64,000 nt of DNA from Candidatus Omnitrophota bacterium (GCA_963662715.1 OY759724.1:1562662-1626661), one strand, 5' to 3'. Positions 27,615 through 36,671 are shown, counted from the first letter of the stretch. The notes: generated by a model from the letters alone, not told the origin. Made by a program: numbers and translations.

Positions 27615-28307
27615 ATGAAACAATTCGTTCAATACCTGGAGAATATGTTGCAGGCGCACCGCCGTCCCGCTTTGTGGAGCGCTGCTTTTTTATTTGTCTT
27701 TGGCAGTGCCGTGTACGGATTGTTGCTGGCACAAACAGAGGCCGCTTTGACACATTTTGTCGTGCTGCCCTTTTGCTTCTCGATAAGTTTGTATGCCTTC
27801 TTTTTGGGTATGGGTATGGTATCCTCTGGGCAAAAGACTGCTTGTTGTGATATCCGGAAAATTTTAACAGCTTTCGTGATTCTTGTTTTCAGCGGCAGTC
27901 TCCCGGTTATATTTTTAAAAATTTCTGCTTTCTGGGGGATCAGCCGGATTATTTTTATATGCCTATCGTACCTCTGCATCGCCGTCGCCGGTTATGTCTC
28001 GGGGAAAGGATTCTCCGCCTTTATAAATATCGTCCGGGGGCAGGACGAGAAGGATGTCCCGCGTCTGTTGGGGGTGGGGGCCTGCGGGATTCTGTCCGGG
28101 ATGTTGTGTTTTGCGTTTTTCTTTTTCCCCCGTTTAGGCTTGCTGCGGGCATCTTTGCTCGCCGCTTTTATCACGGCCGGAGCGTCCATCCTGTTAACCT
28201 CACAGTATCATCTTGTCGCTCCGGAGAAGAGGGCAGAAACGGATGGTTTTGTTTTCTTGCATTTTGGGATATTTATTCTCTCCGGGGTTTTGTTTTTCCT
28301 TATATAA
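27615..28307 (+). CDS. hypothetical polytopic membrane protein
   Basis: Six hydrophobic helices. Immediately follows the receiver gene. Confidence 0.4.
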   Translation: MKQFVQYLENMLQAHRRPALWSAAFLFVFGSAVYGLLLAQTEAALTHFVVLPFCFSISLYAFFLGMGMVSSGQKTACCDIRKILTAFVILVFSGSLPVIFLKISAFWGISRIIFICLSYLCIAVAGYVSGKGFSAFINIVRGQDEKDVPRLLGVGACGILSGMLCFAFFFFPRLGLLRASLLAAFITAGASILLTSQYHLVAPEKRAETDGFVFLHFGIFILSGVLFFLI

Positions 28308-28343
28308 GGGGAGCCGGGGCTTTGATGAAGAATCATGGCCCTT

Positions 28344-30104
28344 TCAGATGTCTTTTGGGGCTTCTGCGGCGGGCGTCTGTCCGGCCGGGATTTGCCCGGA
28401 GGCCCGGTTTAAACACTTGTTCGGAGGTTCATCGATTCTTTTGTAGATCTTGACCGCATGGTTCCATCCCCAGCCTGCCTTTGTGTTCCACGAACCGAAT
28501 AAAGCCTCGGTTTTAAAGTGATCCTGCATGTACTGATAAATGAGAGGACAATATGTCCTGCCAAATACCCCCAGATGCTCTTGCGAGGAAATCGCCCTGT
28601 TGGAAAGAATGATGTACCGGACGCGGTGTTTTTCCAAATCAGCGATAACGTTTCTTTCCTGTTCCGGCGTGATGTTTTTATGATCAAAAAAGATCAGCTG
28701 CCGGCTGGCCCCGTCGCGTCCGGTTAAAAAGTAATAAAGCGGATCAAAAGGCAGAGCAAAAATTTTTTCATCGTCCTCGGTGTGGTCCTGAATGTATCGG
28801 CTGGCCCGGGTTACGGTCTGTGTCCAGTCAACGGGGGAAGTTACGTAAACATTGCTCGCGCCGCAGACTAAGTGATTCAGGGGGTAGCTTTTCAGGAACT
28901 GCACCAGGACTCTTTCTCTGTAGATGTTTGTGAGGGACAAAATAAGAAGGGTGATAAAGATGAGGAATTTTATCCAGGGGTTGGATATCATCCGCGTTCC
29001 GGTCGAGATAATGATAAACATCAGGATCATAAAAGGGGGAATGATCCACAAGAGCCGGTAGTGGACGCCGCTGGCGATAAATTCATGAAGGGAAACGATC
29101 ATCAGAAATATAATGGCCGAAGAAGCCAGTATGATATCGGAGCGTCTGGATGGATCGATTTGCCCTTTACGGAAGGATATGATGGCCTGGATCAGGGACA
29201 GCAACAGAAGCAGCGCAATAATAACCCGTCCGAAATCTTTCGTGCAGTTTATGATAATGGTTCTCCAGAGCATGCTCAAAGAACCTCCAACTCCGGTGGT
29301 TGTGTCTGTCCGGTAGCTTTTGAAAAAGGGAAAGGTCTGGCCCAGAACATAACCGGGGAGCGGGTATAATAAATAGCCGTAAATAAGGGTGACAATAAAG
29401 ATGAGACCGAGAACAAGGCACAGGTAAATTTTGCGGTTTTTACCCCTTTGAGGATTTTTTTTGACCCCGTCTATGATCAGGAGGCTGGTGAAAAAAGCCG
29501 CAAGAGTGGAGACGCCCAGGTTGACGCGTATCAATAAAATCATCAGCACACTCAAAGATCCCAGGAGGACGAACTTCCTTTTGGGCTTACGGATATATTT
29601 CAGAATAAAATACAGGGCTGTGACCAGAAAAAGCAGGGCCCCGGCATGGTTGTACGTATAAAAGAATTCCACGCCGCGGTAAGCCCAATACCAGGTGGCG
29701 CAGACAAAGGCGAGGGAGGGGGAAATAAAGATTGTACAGCACAGGTAAAGCACAAGTCCGATGAGCAGGATAAGGATATTCTGGCCCAGGAGAACGCTCT
29801 GAATGCTGACCCCGAATAACCGGTAAAAAATAATATAATAATAAGGCATGAGCGGCCCGAAGAGCCAGGAGTAATCACGGTAAGGCAGGGCCCCTTCCAT
29901 TGTTTTTTTAAAACAGTATAAATCCCGGCCATGATCTCCGGTTGAGATCATAAACTGGAAGTCGTTGAAAGGCCATAAGGTCAGAATCCCTACAAGGAAA
30001 GAGAGGAGAAAAAATATTTTTTTTGAGCTTGGTTTCCTTTTGGTTAATATATCTCGGATTCGGGCATAGGTTTTCATGAGAGACGGTCCTTGTCTGTTGA
30101 ACAA
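28344..30104 (-). CDS. putative GT-C-fold glycosyltransferase (ArnT/PMT-like), paralog A
   Basis: N-terminal region 'GDHGRDLYCFKKTMEGALPYRDYSWLFGPLMPYYY...LFGVS' mirrors the ArnT/PMT first-loop pattern (DEGRY...EKPPLxYW...LFG). About 11 TM helices plus a roughly 170-aa C-terminal soluble domain. Start is TTG at 30104 (AAGGAG upstream) or ATG at 30077. Confidence 0.5.
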   Translation of the reverse strand: MFNRQGPSLMKTYARIRDILTKRKPSSKKIFFLLSFLVGILTLWPFNDFQFMISTGDHGRDLYCFKKTMEGALPYRDYSWLFGPLMPYYYIIFYRLFGVSIQSVLLGQNILILLIGLVLYLCCTIFISPSLAFVCATWYWAYRGVEFFYTYNHAGALLFLVTALYFILKYIRKPKRKFVLLGSLSVLMILLIRVNLGVSTLAAFFTSLLIIDGVKKNPQRGKNRKIYLCLVLGLIFIVTLIYGYLLYPLPGYVLGQTFPFFKSYRTDTTTGVGGSLSMLWRTIIINCTKDFGRVIIALLLLLSLIQAIISFRKGQIDPSRRSDIILASSAIIFLMIVSLHEFIASGVHYRLLWIIPPFMILMFIIISTGTRMISNPWIKFLIFITLLILSLTNIYRERVLVQFLKSYPLNHLVCGASNVYVTSPVDWTQTVTRASRYIQDHTEDDEKIFALPFDPLYYFLTGRDGASRQLIFFDHKNITPEQERNVIADLEKHRVRYIILSNRAISSQEHLGVFGRTYCPLIYQYMQDHFKTEALFGSWNTKAGWGWNHAVKIYKRIDEPPNKCLNRASGQIPAGQTPAAEAPKDI

Positions 30105-30330
30105 TCACTCCTTGATTGTCCGGAATGTTTTTTTGAATGTCGCATATCATAAAATATGATAAAATGAAATCTTTCTCACGCCCTGCGGCAAGTCTTCAGA
30201 CCTCTTCCGAGCGCTGAATGAGGCCCCGGCAGAATCAAAAGACCGTGAGAATGATAAACTTAACTAACGATATCACACAATCCTTCATTTATGGATAAAA
30301 ATCGTAAAAGAAAACAGTAAGGAGTAGATC

Positions 30331-30651
30331 ATGGTTCAGTTGCAGGATTTTCAGCAGATAGAATTAGTCGTGGCCCGAATTAAAGAGGTGCAGGACCATC
30401 CCAAAGCCGACCGTCTTTATGTCTTGAAGATTGATACCGGACAGCAGGAAAAACAGCTGGTGGCCGGCATCCGGTCTTCCTATTCCAAGCCGTCTTTGAT
30501 CGGCCGCCAGATCATTGTTATCAATAACCTTGAGCCGGCTGTTATCCGGGGTGAAAAGTCTGAAGGCATGCTTTTGGCCGTGGGGGATGAAAAGGGCGTG
30601 GCCTTGATAAGCCCGGACCGGGACATGCCTCCCGGTACACGCGTGCGATAA
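30331..30651 (+). CDS. tRNA-binding (Myf/EMAP-fold) domain protein, CsaA-like
   Basis: 'LVVARIKEVQDHPKADRLYVLKIDTGQ...QLVAGI' matches the MetRS C-terminal domain / CsaA tRNA-binding domain pattern. Confidence 0.7.
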   Translation: MVQLQDFQQIELVVARIKEVQDHPKADRLYVLKIDTGQQEKQLVAGIRSSYSKPSLIGRQIIVINNLEPAVIRGEKSEGMLLAVGDEKGVALISPDRDMPPGTRVR

Positions 30652-30676
30652 CTTCGAAAGTCGGCAGCCCTGCCTT

Positions 30677-32332
30677 TCAAAACTTCCGTTTAATAATGAT
30701 GGTGCCGTGATGTTCGACCCATTGCGCAGGAGTTTTCCAGTCACCGAAAGCGGCAACCTGCTCGAAATTATCAATAAAATATTGTGCCAGGAGCCGGCAA
30801 TGGGTCCTCCCGAAATAGCCGAGGCGGGACTCTCCGGTGTTTACACGGTTGGATAAGACGACGAACCGGACCCTCTGTTCCTGGAGGTCCTGAATGGTTT
30901 CGATTTCCTGTTCCACGGGAATGTGATTGTTGTAAAACAACATCAGCTGCCGTGTCGGGGCTATCCGGTCCGTTAAATAATAAAGAGGATCATACGGAAA
31001 GACAAAAAATGTTTCTTCCGGCTGAAGATGTTTCTGCAGGTAGGCGGCGGTCTGTTCGACAGTATTGATCCATTGCGGGCTGTTCTGAAAATAGATCTGC
31101 GCCCGGGGATGCGACCAAAAGCGCCCGGAGGCTTTGAGCTCTCCTACGTCCTTCCGTATGGATGTCAGGCCGAGGAAAACCGAGAAGAACAGGTACAGAA
31201 ACCATCTGAAATACCGGGAGCTGTATGTCGCCAGCAGGGAAAAGAGAGTGAACATAAATATGATGTGGAAAGGCGAGGCCCAGAAGAGCCGGTATTGAAC
31301 GCCGCTGAAAAGATATTCATGGAGATGCGTTATGGAAAACAGACCAAGGATAAGGATGGCTGTATAAACGTAGGGGGAAACTGTCTTGTTTTTTTTCTTT
31401 TGAAAAGTGTGCAGGACAGTGGATATGGCGGCGATGCTCAGCAGACTGAAAAACAGTTTTGAAAACCATGTTTTTGTGATTTCTTTTATGAGGTGTGTTT
31501 TGTAAACTTTCGCGGCCATAGATGCGGGCAGGCTGAACTGCCGGTCAGACCCCAGGAAGGGGAAGGATTGCCGGATGACATAAAAGGGAAGCCCTTTAAA
31601 GAACAGGTGGTAGAAGAAGGCTACCGCGAGAGGAAGAATGACGCCAGCCAGGAGGTAGAAAAGCTTTTTGTCAGAAAATTTTCTGCGGTGAATCAGGTCC
31701 GTTATCCCGACCGAAAGAGTGAAGCTGAAGAGCGAACATAACCCCATGTTCAGTTTTACAAAGGACAGCAGAAATATACCGAAAAGCCCTTTGTAAAGAG
31801 CAGAGGGTTTATTGTGAAAAAGGTACTGAACAAGAAAAAAGATGATCGCCGTAATTAACGTTATGCCTCCGGTATGATTATAGGTGAAAAAGAAGTAGGG
31901 GTAAAAATTCCAGAACCAGAGCGCCGCCAGCATGCCCCAGAAAGGACGGGCCAGGATGCGTAATGTGCGGTAAATGAAAAGACCGGCGGTGAGTTTCAAC
32001 ATGATTTCCCCGATAAGGATGCTCGGTATGGATAAGCCCAGGATCTTAAGGAAAAAGGCATAATAATATGGCATCAGCGGACCGTAAACCCACCAGTAAT
32101 CCTGATAAGGAACCTGTCCTTTTAACGTCGCTGCGTAACAGTAATAATCCCGGCCGTGATCCCCTTGGGCGATATTATTTTGATAGTTGTACAAAGGCCC
32201 CAGCATAATACATCCCAGTAAAATTAATACGGGAGGCAGGAATTGGGCCGTGGGGATTCTCCGGATACGGCGGAGAAAATTATGAAATTTATTTAAAATG
32301 AGGGATGTTTTCATATGAGTGTTTTCAAACAA
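30677..32332 (-). CDS. putative GT-C-fold glycosyltransferase (ArnT/PMT-like), paralog B
   Basis: Collinear with paralog A: 'GDHGRDYYCYAATLKGQVPYQDYWWVYGPLMPYYY...ILGLS'. C-terminal 'VLSNR...GYFGRTHCRLLAQY' matches A's 'ILSNR...GVFGRTYCPLIYQY'. Confidence 0.5.
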   Translation of the reverse strand: MFENTHMKTSLILNKFHNFLRRIRRIPTAQFLPPVLILLGCIMLGPLYNYQNNIAQGDHGRDYYCYAATLKGQVPYQDYWWVYGPLMPYYYAFFLKILGLSIPSILIGEIMLKLTAGLFIYRTLRILARPFWGMLAALWFWNFYPYFFFTYNHTGGITLITAIIFFLVQYLFHNKPSALYKGLFGIFLLSFVKLNMGLCSLFSFTLSVGITDLIHRRKFSDKKLFYLLAGVILPLAVAFFYHLFFKGLPFYVIRQSFPFLGSDRQFSLPASMAAKVYKTHLIKEITKTWFSKLFFSLLSIAAISTVLHTFQKKKNKTVSPYVYTAILILGLFSITHLHEYLFSGVQYRLFWASPFHIIFMFTLFSLLATYSSRYFRWFLYLFFSVFLGLTSIRKDVGELKASGRFWSHPRAQIYFQNSPQWINTVEQTAAYLQKHLQPEETFFVFPYDPLYYLTDRIAPTRQLMLFYNNHIPVEQEIETIQDLQEQRVRFVVLSNRVNTGESRLGYFGRTHCRLLAQYFIDNFEQVAAFGDWKTPAQWVEHHGTIIIKRKF

Positions 32333-32420
32333 AAGCGTAAGGACAGAATTTCAGTAATGCCGACAGGGCTACAATGTGTTACAATAGCAACGTTTTTAAA
32401 ATAACATAAGCCCGGCTTAA

Positions 32421-32894
32421 ATGGAGAATTTATATAAAAACTTTTTGAGGCCGGATGAGGCCGCGAAAGGAGGGGGCGTGACGGTTCATACAGCCTATAT
32501 TCATTTATCGACCAACGGCCATGCCGATGTTGAAGATGTGACGCAGCAGGTGCAGCAAAAAGTATCGGCTTCAGGCCTGCAGGACGGAATTGTTACGGTG
32601 AGCGTCATCGGATCAACGGCGGCTGTCACAACCTGCGAGTTTGAACCCGGCCTGGTCAGGGATATTAAAGATATCCTGGATGCCCTGATCCCTCGAGGCT
32701 CTTATCATCATGATCAGACCTGGGGCGATGGGAACGGCCATTCTCATTTAAGGGCTTCGCTGATCGGCCCGTCTTTGACCATCCCTTTTGCGGCAGGAAA
32801 GCTTATTTTAGGGACATGGCAGCAGATTATTCTTGTTGATTGCGACAACAGGAGCAGAAAACGGCAGATTGTCGTGCAGATTTTGGGGGAATAA
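32421..32894 (+). CDS. YjbQ/UPF0047-family protein (secondary thiamine-phosphate synthase-like), paralog 1
   Basis: 'GIVTVSVIGSTAAVT...HSHLRASLIGPSLTIPF..G.L.LGTWQQIILVD' is a YjbQ family signature. Confidence 0.65.
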   Translation: MENLYKNFLRPDEAAKGGGVTVHTAYIHLSTNGHADVEDVTQQVQQKVSASGLQDGIVTVSVIGSTAAVTTCEFEPGLVRDIKDILDALIPRGSYHHDQTWGDGNGHSHLRASLIGPSLTIPFAAGKLILGTWQQIILVDCDNRSRKRQIVVQILGE

Positions 32895-32897
32895 GGC

Positions 32898-33440
32898 GTG
32901 GAATTCAAACAATTCGTCCCTTCTTTGGTTTGTTTGTCCTGTGACGGCTGCTGCCGTTTTCATGACCCTGCGAGCGGCTGGCGGCCCAAACTGGGAGCCG
33001 GGGAGCAGAACTCGGCAGGGCCTTTGGCAGGCTGTCTGGATCTGGCCGCTGACAGCCGAGGGCTTGATGAAGAGGGCTTTATCCGTACGGAAGCAGACCA
33101 GGGCCAGCATCGTTGCCGTTTTCTTCAATTCAAGGACAATACCTGCCAGGTTTATTGTTTTCGGCCGTTTGAGTGTCAGCTTTATCCTTTTCTCCTGATA
33201 AAGGAAGGAAAAGATTTCTTGGTCGGCCTGCATTTGAGTTGCCCGTTTGTTCAGAAATTTTTTGGAAAAGAGGAACTGGAAGCGTATAAGCTGTACCTGA
33301 ATGATTTTTTGCGGCATCCGGAAATGATTCATTTTCTGCGGGATAATATTTCTTTGTTTGGCGATTATCAGGCATGGGCCCGGGAATGGGTCCCTGTCTT
33401 TTCCCTGACGGAATTGCTGTCATCAACATGTGATGGATAG
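32898..33440 (+). CDS. YkgJ-family Cys-cluster protein (putative Zn/Fe-chelating domain, UPF0153)
   Basis: 'VCLSCDGCCRFHDP...CRFLQFKDNTCQVYCFRPFECQLYPF' follows the CxxCxxCC...C...C..YPF pattern of the family. Confidence 0.65.
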   Translation: MEFKQFVPSLVCLSCDGCCRFHDPASGWRPKLGAGEQNSAGPLAGCLDLAADSRGLDEEGFIRTEADQGQHRCRFLQFKDNTCQVYCFRPFECQLYPFLLIKEGKDFLVGLHLSCPFVQKFFGKEELEAYKLYLNDFLRHPEMIHFLRDNISLFGDYQAWAREWVPVFSLTELLSSTCDG

Positions 33441-34326
33441 AGAACTTGAGCATTATAAGGATTTGGTTGATAAATATTTGCGTTTAAACCGCTATGCGCT
33501 TTGCGCGTATTCATTTGTTTCCGTTTTTCTCTGGAAAGATTTTTTTCAGTTTCATTTCGAGATTATTGACGGCCAGCTTTGTATCTTCGCTGAGAATGAT
33601 TCGGGGATTTTTCTTTATCTGCCTCCTTTAGGAAGGGAATTCAACCCGGAAACAGTGCGGGATTGTTTCGCTTTGATGGGGCGGAGGAATTCCGGGCAGG
33701 GGGTGACGAGGATAGAAAATGTTGACTGGCGTCAGATATCGTTTTTCTCCGGGGACAGCCTTTGTTATTTAAAGGGGTACGAATTTCTTTATTACAAAAA
33801 AGATATCATTCAGTTGAAAGGAAAATCGTATAAATCGAAACGTTCGGATTATAATCATTTTATCAAAACACATAAATACCTCTTTGCCCCTTTTTGTGAG
33901 ACCATGAAGGATGAATGTTTGAACCTTTACGACCAGTGGCAGGAGGACCGGGCCAGGAAGCACCCGGATGACATTTACCGTCATATGCTCTCGGAGAACC
34001 GTCAGGTTCATGCCCTGGGCATGCAGAACGCACGGTTATTGGATCTGGTCGGACGGGTCGTTATCGTGGACGGAGAGATTAAAGCGTATACGTTCGGGTA
34101 TTGGGTTCAGGATGCTGTTTTCTGTGTTCTTTTTGAAGTCGCGGACTGTACGTGTAAGGGGTTGCCGGTGTTTGTTTTTCATGAACTCTGTGCCGATGAG
34201 GAATTAGGGAGAGCCCGTTTTATCAATACGATGGACGATTTCGCCATGCCGCAGCTTGAGAGAACGAAGGAGTCCTTCCGGCCGATTATGAAGCTTCCGT
34301 CTTACACCGTTTCTCCGGCGTCGTAG
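33430..34326 (+). CDS. DUF2156-domain protein (homolog of the MprF/aaPGS aminoacyl-tRNA-dependent transferase domain)
   Basis: 'CAYSFVSVFLWKD', 'LKGKSYKSKRSDYNHF' and 'EIKAYTFGY' match the conserved blocks I recall for standalone DUF2156 / LPG-synthase C-terminal domains. Confidence 0.5.
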   Translation: MMDRELEHYKDLVDKYLRLNRYALCAYSFVSVFLWKDFFQFHFEIIDGQLCIFAENDSGIFLYLPPLGREFNPETVRDCFALMGRRNSGQGVTRIENVDWRQISFFSGDSLCYLKGYEFLYYKKDIIQLKGKSYKSKRSDYNHFIKTHKYLFAPFCETMKDECLNLYDQWQEDRARKHPDDIYRHMLSENRQVHALGMQNARLLDLVGRVVIVDGEIKAYTFGYWVQDAVFCVLFEVADCTCKGLPVFVFHELCADEELGRARFINTMDDFAMPQLERTKESFRPIMKLPSYTVSPAS

Positions 34327-34374
34327 GGACCTGTGCATATGGAATAAAAAAACAGCAATGTCGGGACAGGAATT

Positions 34375-35208
34375 ATGGAGCATATTCAGGACACTTGTTT
34401 TGTCATTCTCGATGTCGAGACGACAGGGCTGTCCACCCGTAACGGGGATAAAATCATTGAAGTGGCCGGACTGAAACTGCAGGGACTGAATATCGTCGAC
34501 CGTTTCGAAAGCCTGATTAATCCTCTACGGCCTCTTTCCTATGAAGCTTTCTTAGTCAACTGGATCACCCCTGAGATGGTGGAAGGGGCTCCGGCGGCCG
34601 CAGAAATTTTACCGCAGTTTTATGCTTTTTTGCAGGACAGTTGTCTGGTGGGGCACAATATCAAATTTGATTTGTCTTTCCTGTCGTATGAGTTTTCTTC
34701 GCTGGGGTTGGACCTGGATAAAAAGATCCCTGCGCTGGATACGTGTAAAATGGCCCGCGGTCTTATGCCGGAATTAGGACGGTATGCCTTAAAAGCCGTT
34801 GCGTATGCTTTGGGTGTTGTTGAGCCCCAACGGCACCGTGCCATGGCGGACGTTGAAATGACATACGAGGTTTTTCGTTCCCTGATGGATATGGCCGAAC
34901 GTCGGGACATTTATGCCCTTCCCATTTTGTTGCGCCTTTTTGGCCGGCCCGGCAGTTGTCCCGCAACAGAGCGACAGGGATTTGTGGAAATGATCCGGGA
35001 AGCGATGAACACATCCCGGTCTTTAGAACTGATTTATTCCGGCCGCTGCGGCAGAGATATCACATTCCGAACGGTCACTCCTAAACAGATCGTCGGGAAC
35101 GGGCCCCGGGCTTTTCTGGTCGGTCATTGCCATCTGCGGCAGGAGGAACGGATGTTCCGGTTGGACCGGATCGTGTGGCTGGCCAAGAATCGGGAGGCAG
35201 ATTCATGA
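34375..35208 (+). CDS. DnaQ-like DEDDh 3'-5' exonuclease fused to a C-terminal WYL-like domain
   Basis: Exo I 'FVILDVETTGL', Exo II 'GHNIKFDLSFL', Exo III 'HRAMADVEMT'. C-terminus 'RTVTPKQIVGNGPRAFLVGHCHLRQEERMFRLDRI' fits the WYL-domain core (R.V.P...WYL.A.C....R.FRLDRI). Confidence 0.65.
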   Translation: MEHIQDTCFVILDVETTGLSTRNGDKIIEVAGLKLQGLNIVDRFESLINPLRPLSYEAFLVNWITPEMVEGAPAAAEILPQFYAFLQDSCLVGHNIKFDLSFLSYEFSSLGLDLDKKIPALDTCKMARGLMPELGRYALKAVAYALGVVEPQRHRAMADVEMTYEVFRSLMDMAERRDIYALPILLRLFGRPGSCPATERQGFVEMIREAMNTSRSLELIYSGRCGRDITFRTVTPKQIVGNGPRAFLVGHCHLRQEERMFRLDRIVWLAKNREADS

Positions 35209-35259
35209 AGGAAAGCCGCCGCAACGCATGTCAGGGTATGTTGAGGGCAGGGAGTCAAT

Positions 35260-36657
35260 ATGGAGTATAAAAGTTTTGTTTGCAAAAACAATGCGTGGCA
35301 GGTCTTTAGGGCTTTTTCAAAACAGCCGCATGCTTTTCTTCTGGAAAGCAGTTTGCGGGAACCGCATTTAGGCCGGTATTCCATGATGGGGTGCCAGCCG
35401 TTTGAATTCTTTTCATCCTCAAGCAGGAATGCCTTACAGGACTTGAAAGACCGTTATAACATCTATGCCCGGGATTCTCGTCAGCCCGGAACATTACCCT
35501 TCACTGCCGGGATAACAGGATATATCAGTTATGACTACGGCCGGACATTGGAAAAGATCTCTTCTCAGTGGCCGGGGACCGGCATCCCGGACGTCTGTTT
35601 CGGTTTTTATGATTGCGTGGTCCTCTTGGATCATTTAGCCGGCAGACTTTATGTGGTATCCAGCGGTTTTCCGGAGAGAGTGCCGTCTCTGAGGGCCAAA
35701 CGGGCCCGGGAGCGTTTAAAAGCCATGACCGCGTTATTGCGGCAAACAGAAATTTCCCCGGGCCGGGAAAGACAGCCGCCGGGACAGTTTTTCCCCTCTC
35801 CCTCCGGGGTGAAACTGGAGAGGGAAATGACGTCGTGCCAGTACCAGAAAAGCGTCAAGCGGGCTCTGGATTATATCCGTAAAGGCGATATTTATCAGGT
35901 GAACCTGTCGCAGCGGTTTTTTGTTAACGGGAAAATGCGCCGTGCCTTGCCGGAAGCCCTGCCGTTATACGAAAAGCTGCGTGTTTTGTCCCCTTCCTGT
36001 TTTAGTGCCTATTTTGACGGGGGGGCTTTTCAGATTGTCAGCAGTTCTCCGGAGCGTTTCCTGCGGTTAAGGAAGCGGCAGGTTGTCACCCGCCCGATGA
36101 AGGGGACACGCGCCCGGGGAAGAACGCGTCAGCAGGACAGGCAGAACCGGCGGAAACTTCTGGACAGCAAAAAAGAGAAGGCGGAGCTGCTGATGATCAC
36201 CGATCTTGAGCGGAATGACCTGGGGCGGGTGTGTGAATATGGCTCTGTGCGGGTTGATGCCTTAAGAACTCTGGAATCCTATGCGACGGTTTTTCAGGCG
36301 ACTTCGACGATCAGCGGACGGCTTAAAGATTCCCTGGACGGGTTTGACCTTTTACAGGCATGTTTACCGGGGGGCTCCATTACCGGTTGCCCCAAAATAC
36401 GGGCCATGCAGATTATTGATGAACTTGAAGTTTCCCGCCGGTCCATTTACACCGGGGTTTTAGGCTACATGGATTTTAACGGGGATTTGGATTTTAATAT
36501 TCTCATCCGGACGCTTTTAGTCCGGCCCCGGACGATCTCCTTTCATGTCGGGGCCGGAATTGTTTCAGACTCGAAACCGGAAGCGGAATATGAGGAAACG
36601 ATCATTAAAGCACAAGCGATGTCCCAGTGTTTGCAGACGAAAGGATGGCGCCGGTGA
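35260..36657 (+). CDS. pabB: aminodeoxychorismate synthase component I (chorismate-binding enzyme)
   Basis: Chorismate-binding C-terminal signature 'GAGIVSDSKPEAEYEETIIKA' and 'PGGSITGCPKIRAMQII'. Assigned as PabB rather than TrpE because a class-IV aminotransferase (PabC-like) gene follows immediately. Confidence 0.7.
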   Translation: MEYKSFVCKNNAWQVFRAFSKQPHAFLLESSLREPHLGRYSMMGCQPFEFFSSSSRNALQDLKDRYNIYARDSRQPGTLPFTAGITGYISYDYGRTLEKISSQWPGTGIPDVCFGFYDCVVLLDHLAGRLYVVSSGFPERVPSLRAKRARERLKAMTALLRQTEISPGRERQPPGQFFPSPSGVKLEREMTSCQYQKSVKRALDYIRKGDIYQVNLSQRFFVNGKMRRALPEALPLYEKLRVLSPSCFSAYFDGGAFQIVSSSPERFLRLRKRQVVTRPMKGTRARGRTRQQDRQNRRKLLDSKKEKAELLMITDLERNDLGRVCEYGSVRVDALRTLESYATVFQATSTISGRLKDSLDGFDLLQACLPGGSITGCPKIRAMQIIDELEVSRRSIYTGVLGYMDFNGDLDFNILIRTLLVRPRTISFHVGAGIVSDSKPEAEYEETIIKAQAMSQCLQTKGWRR

Positions 36658-36671
36658 ACCGGAGAAAGACT

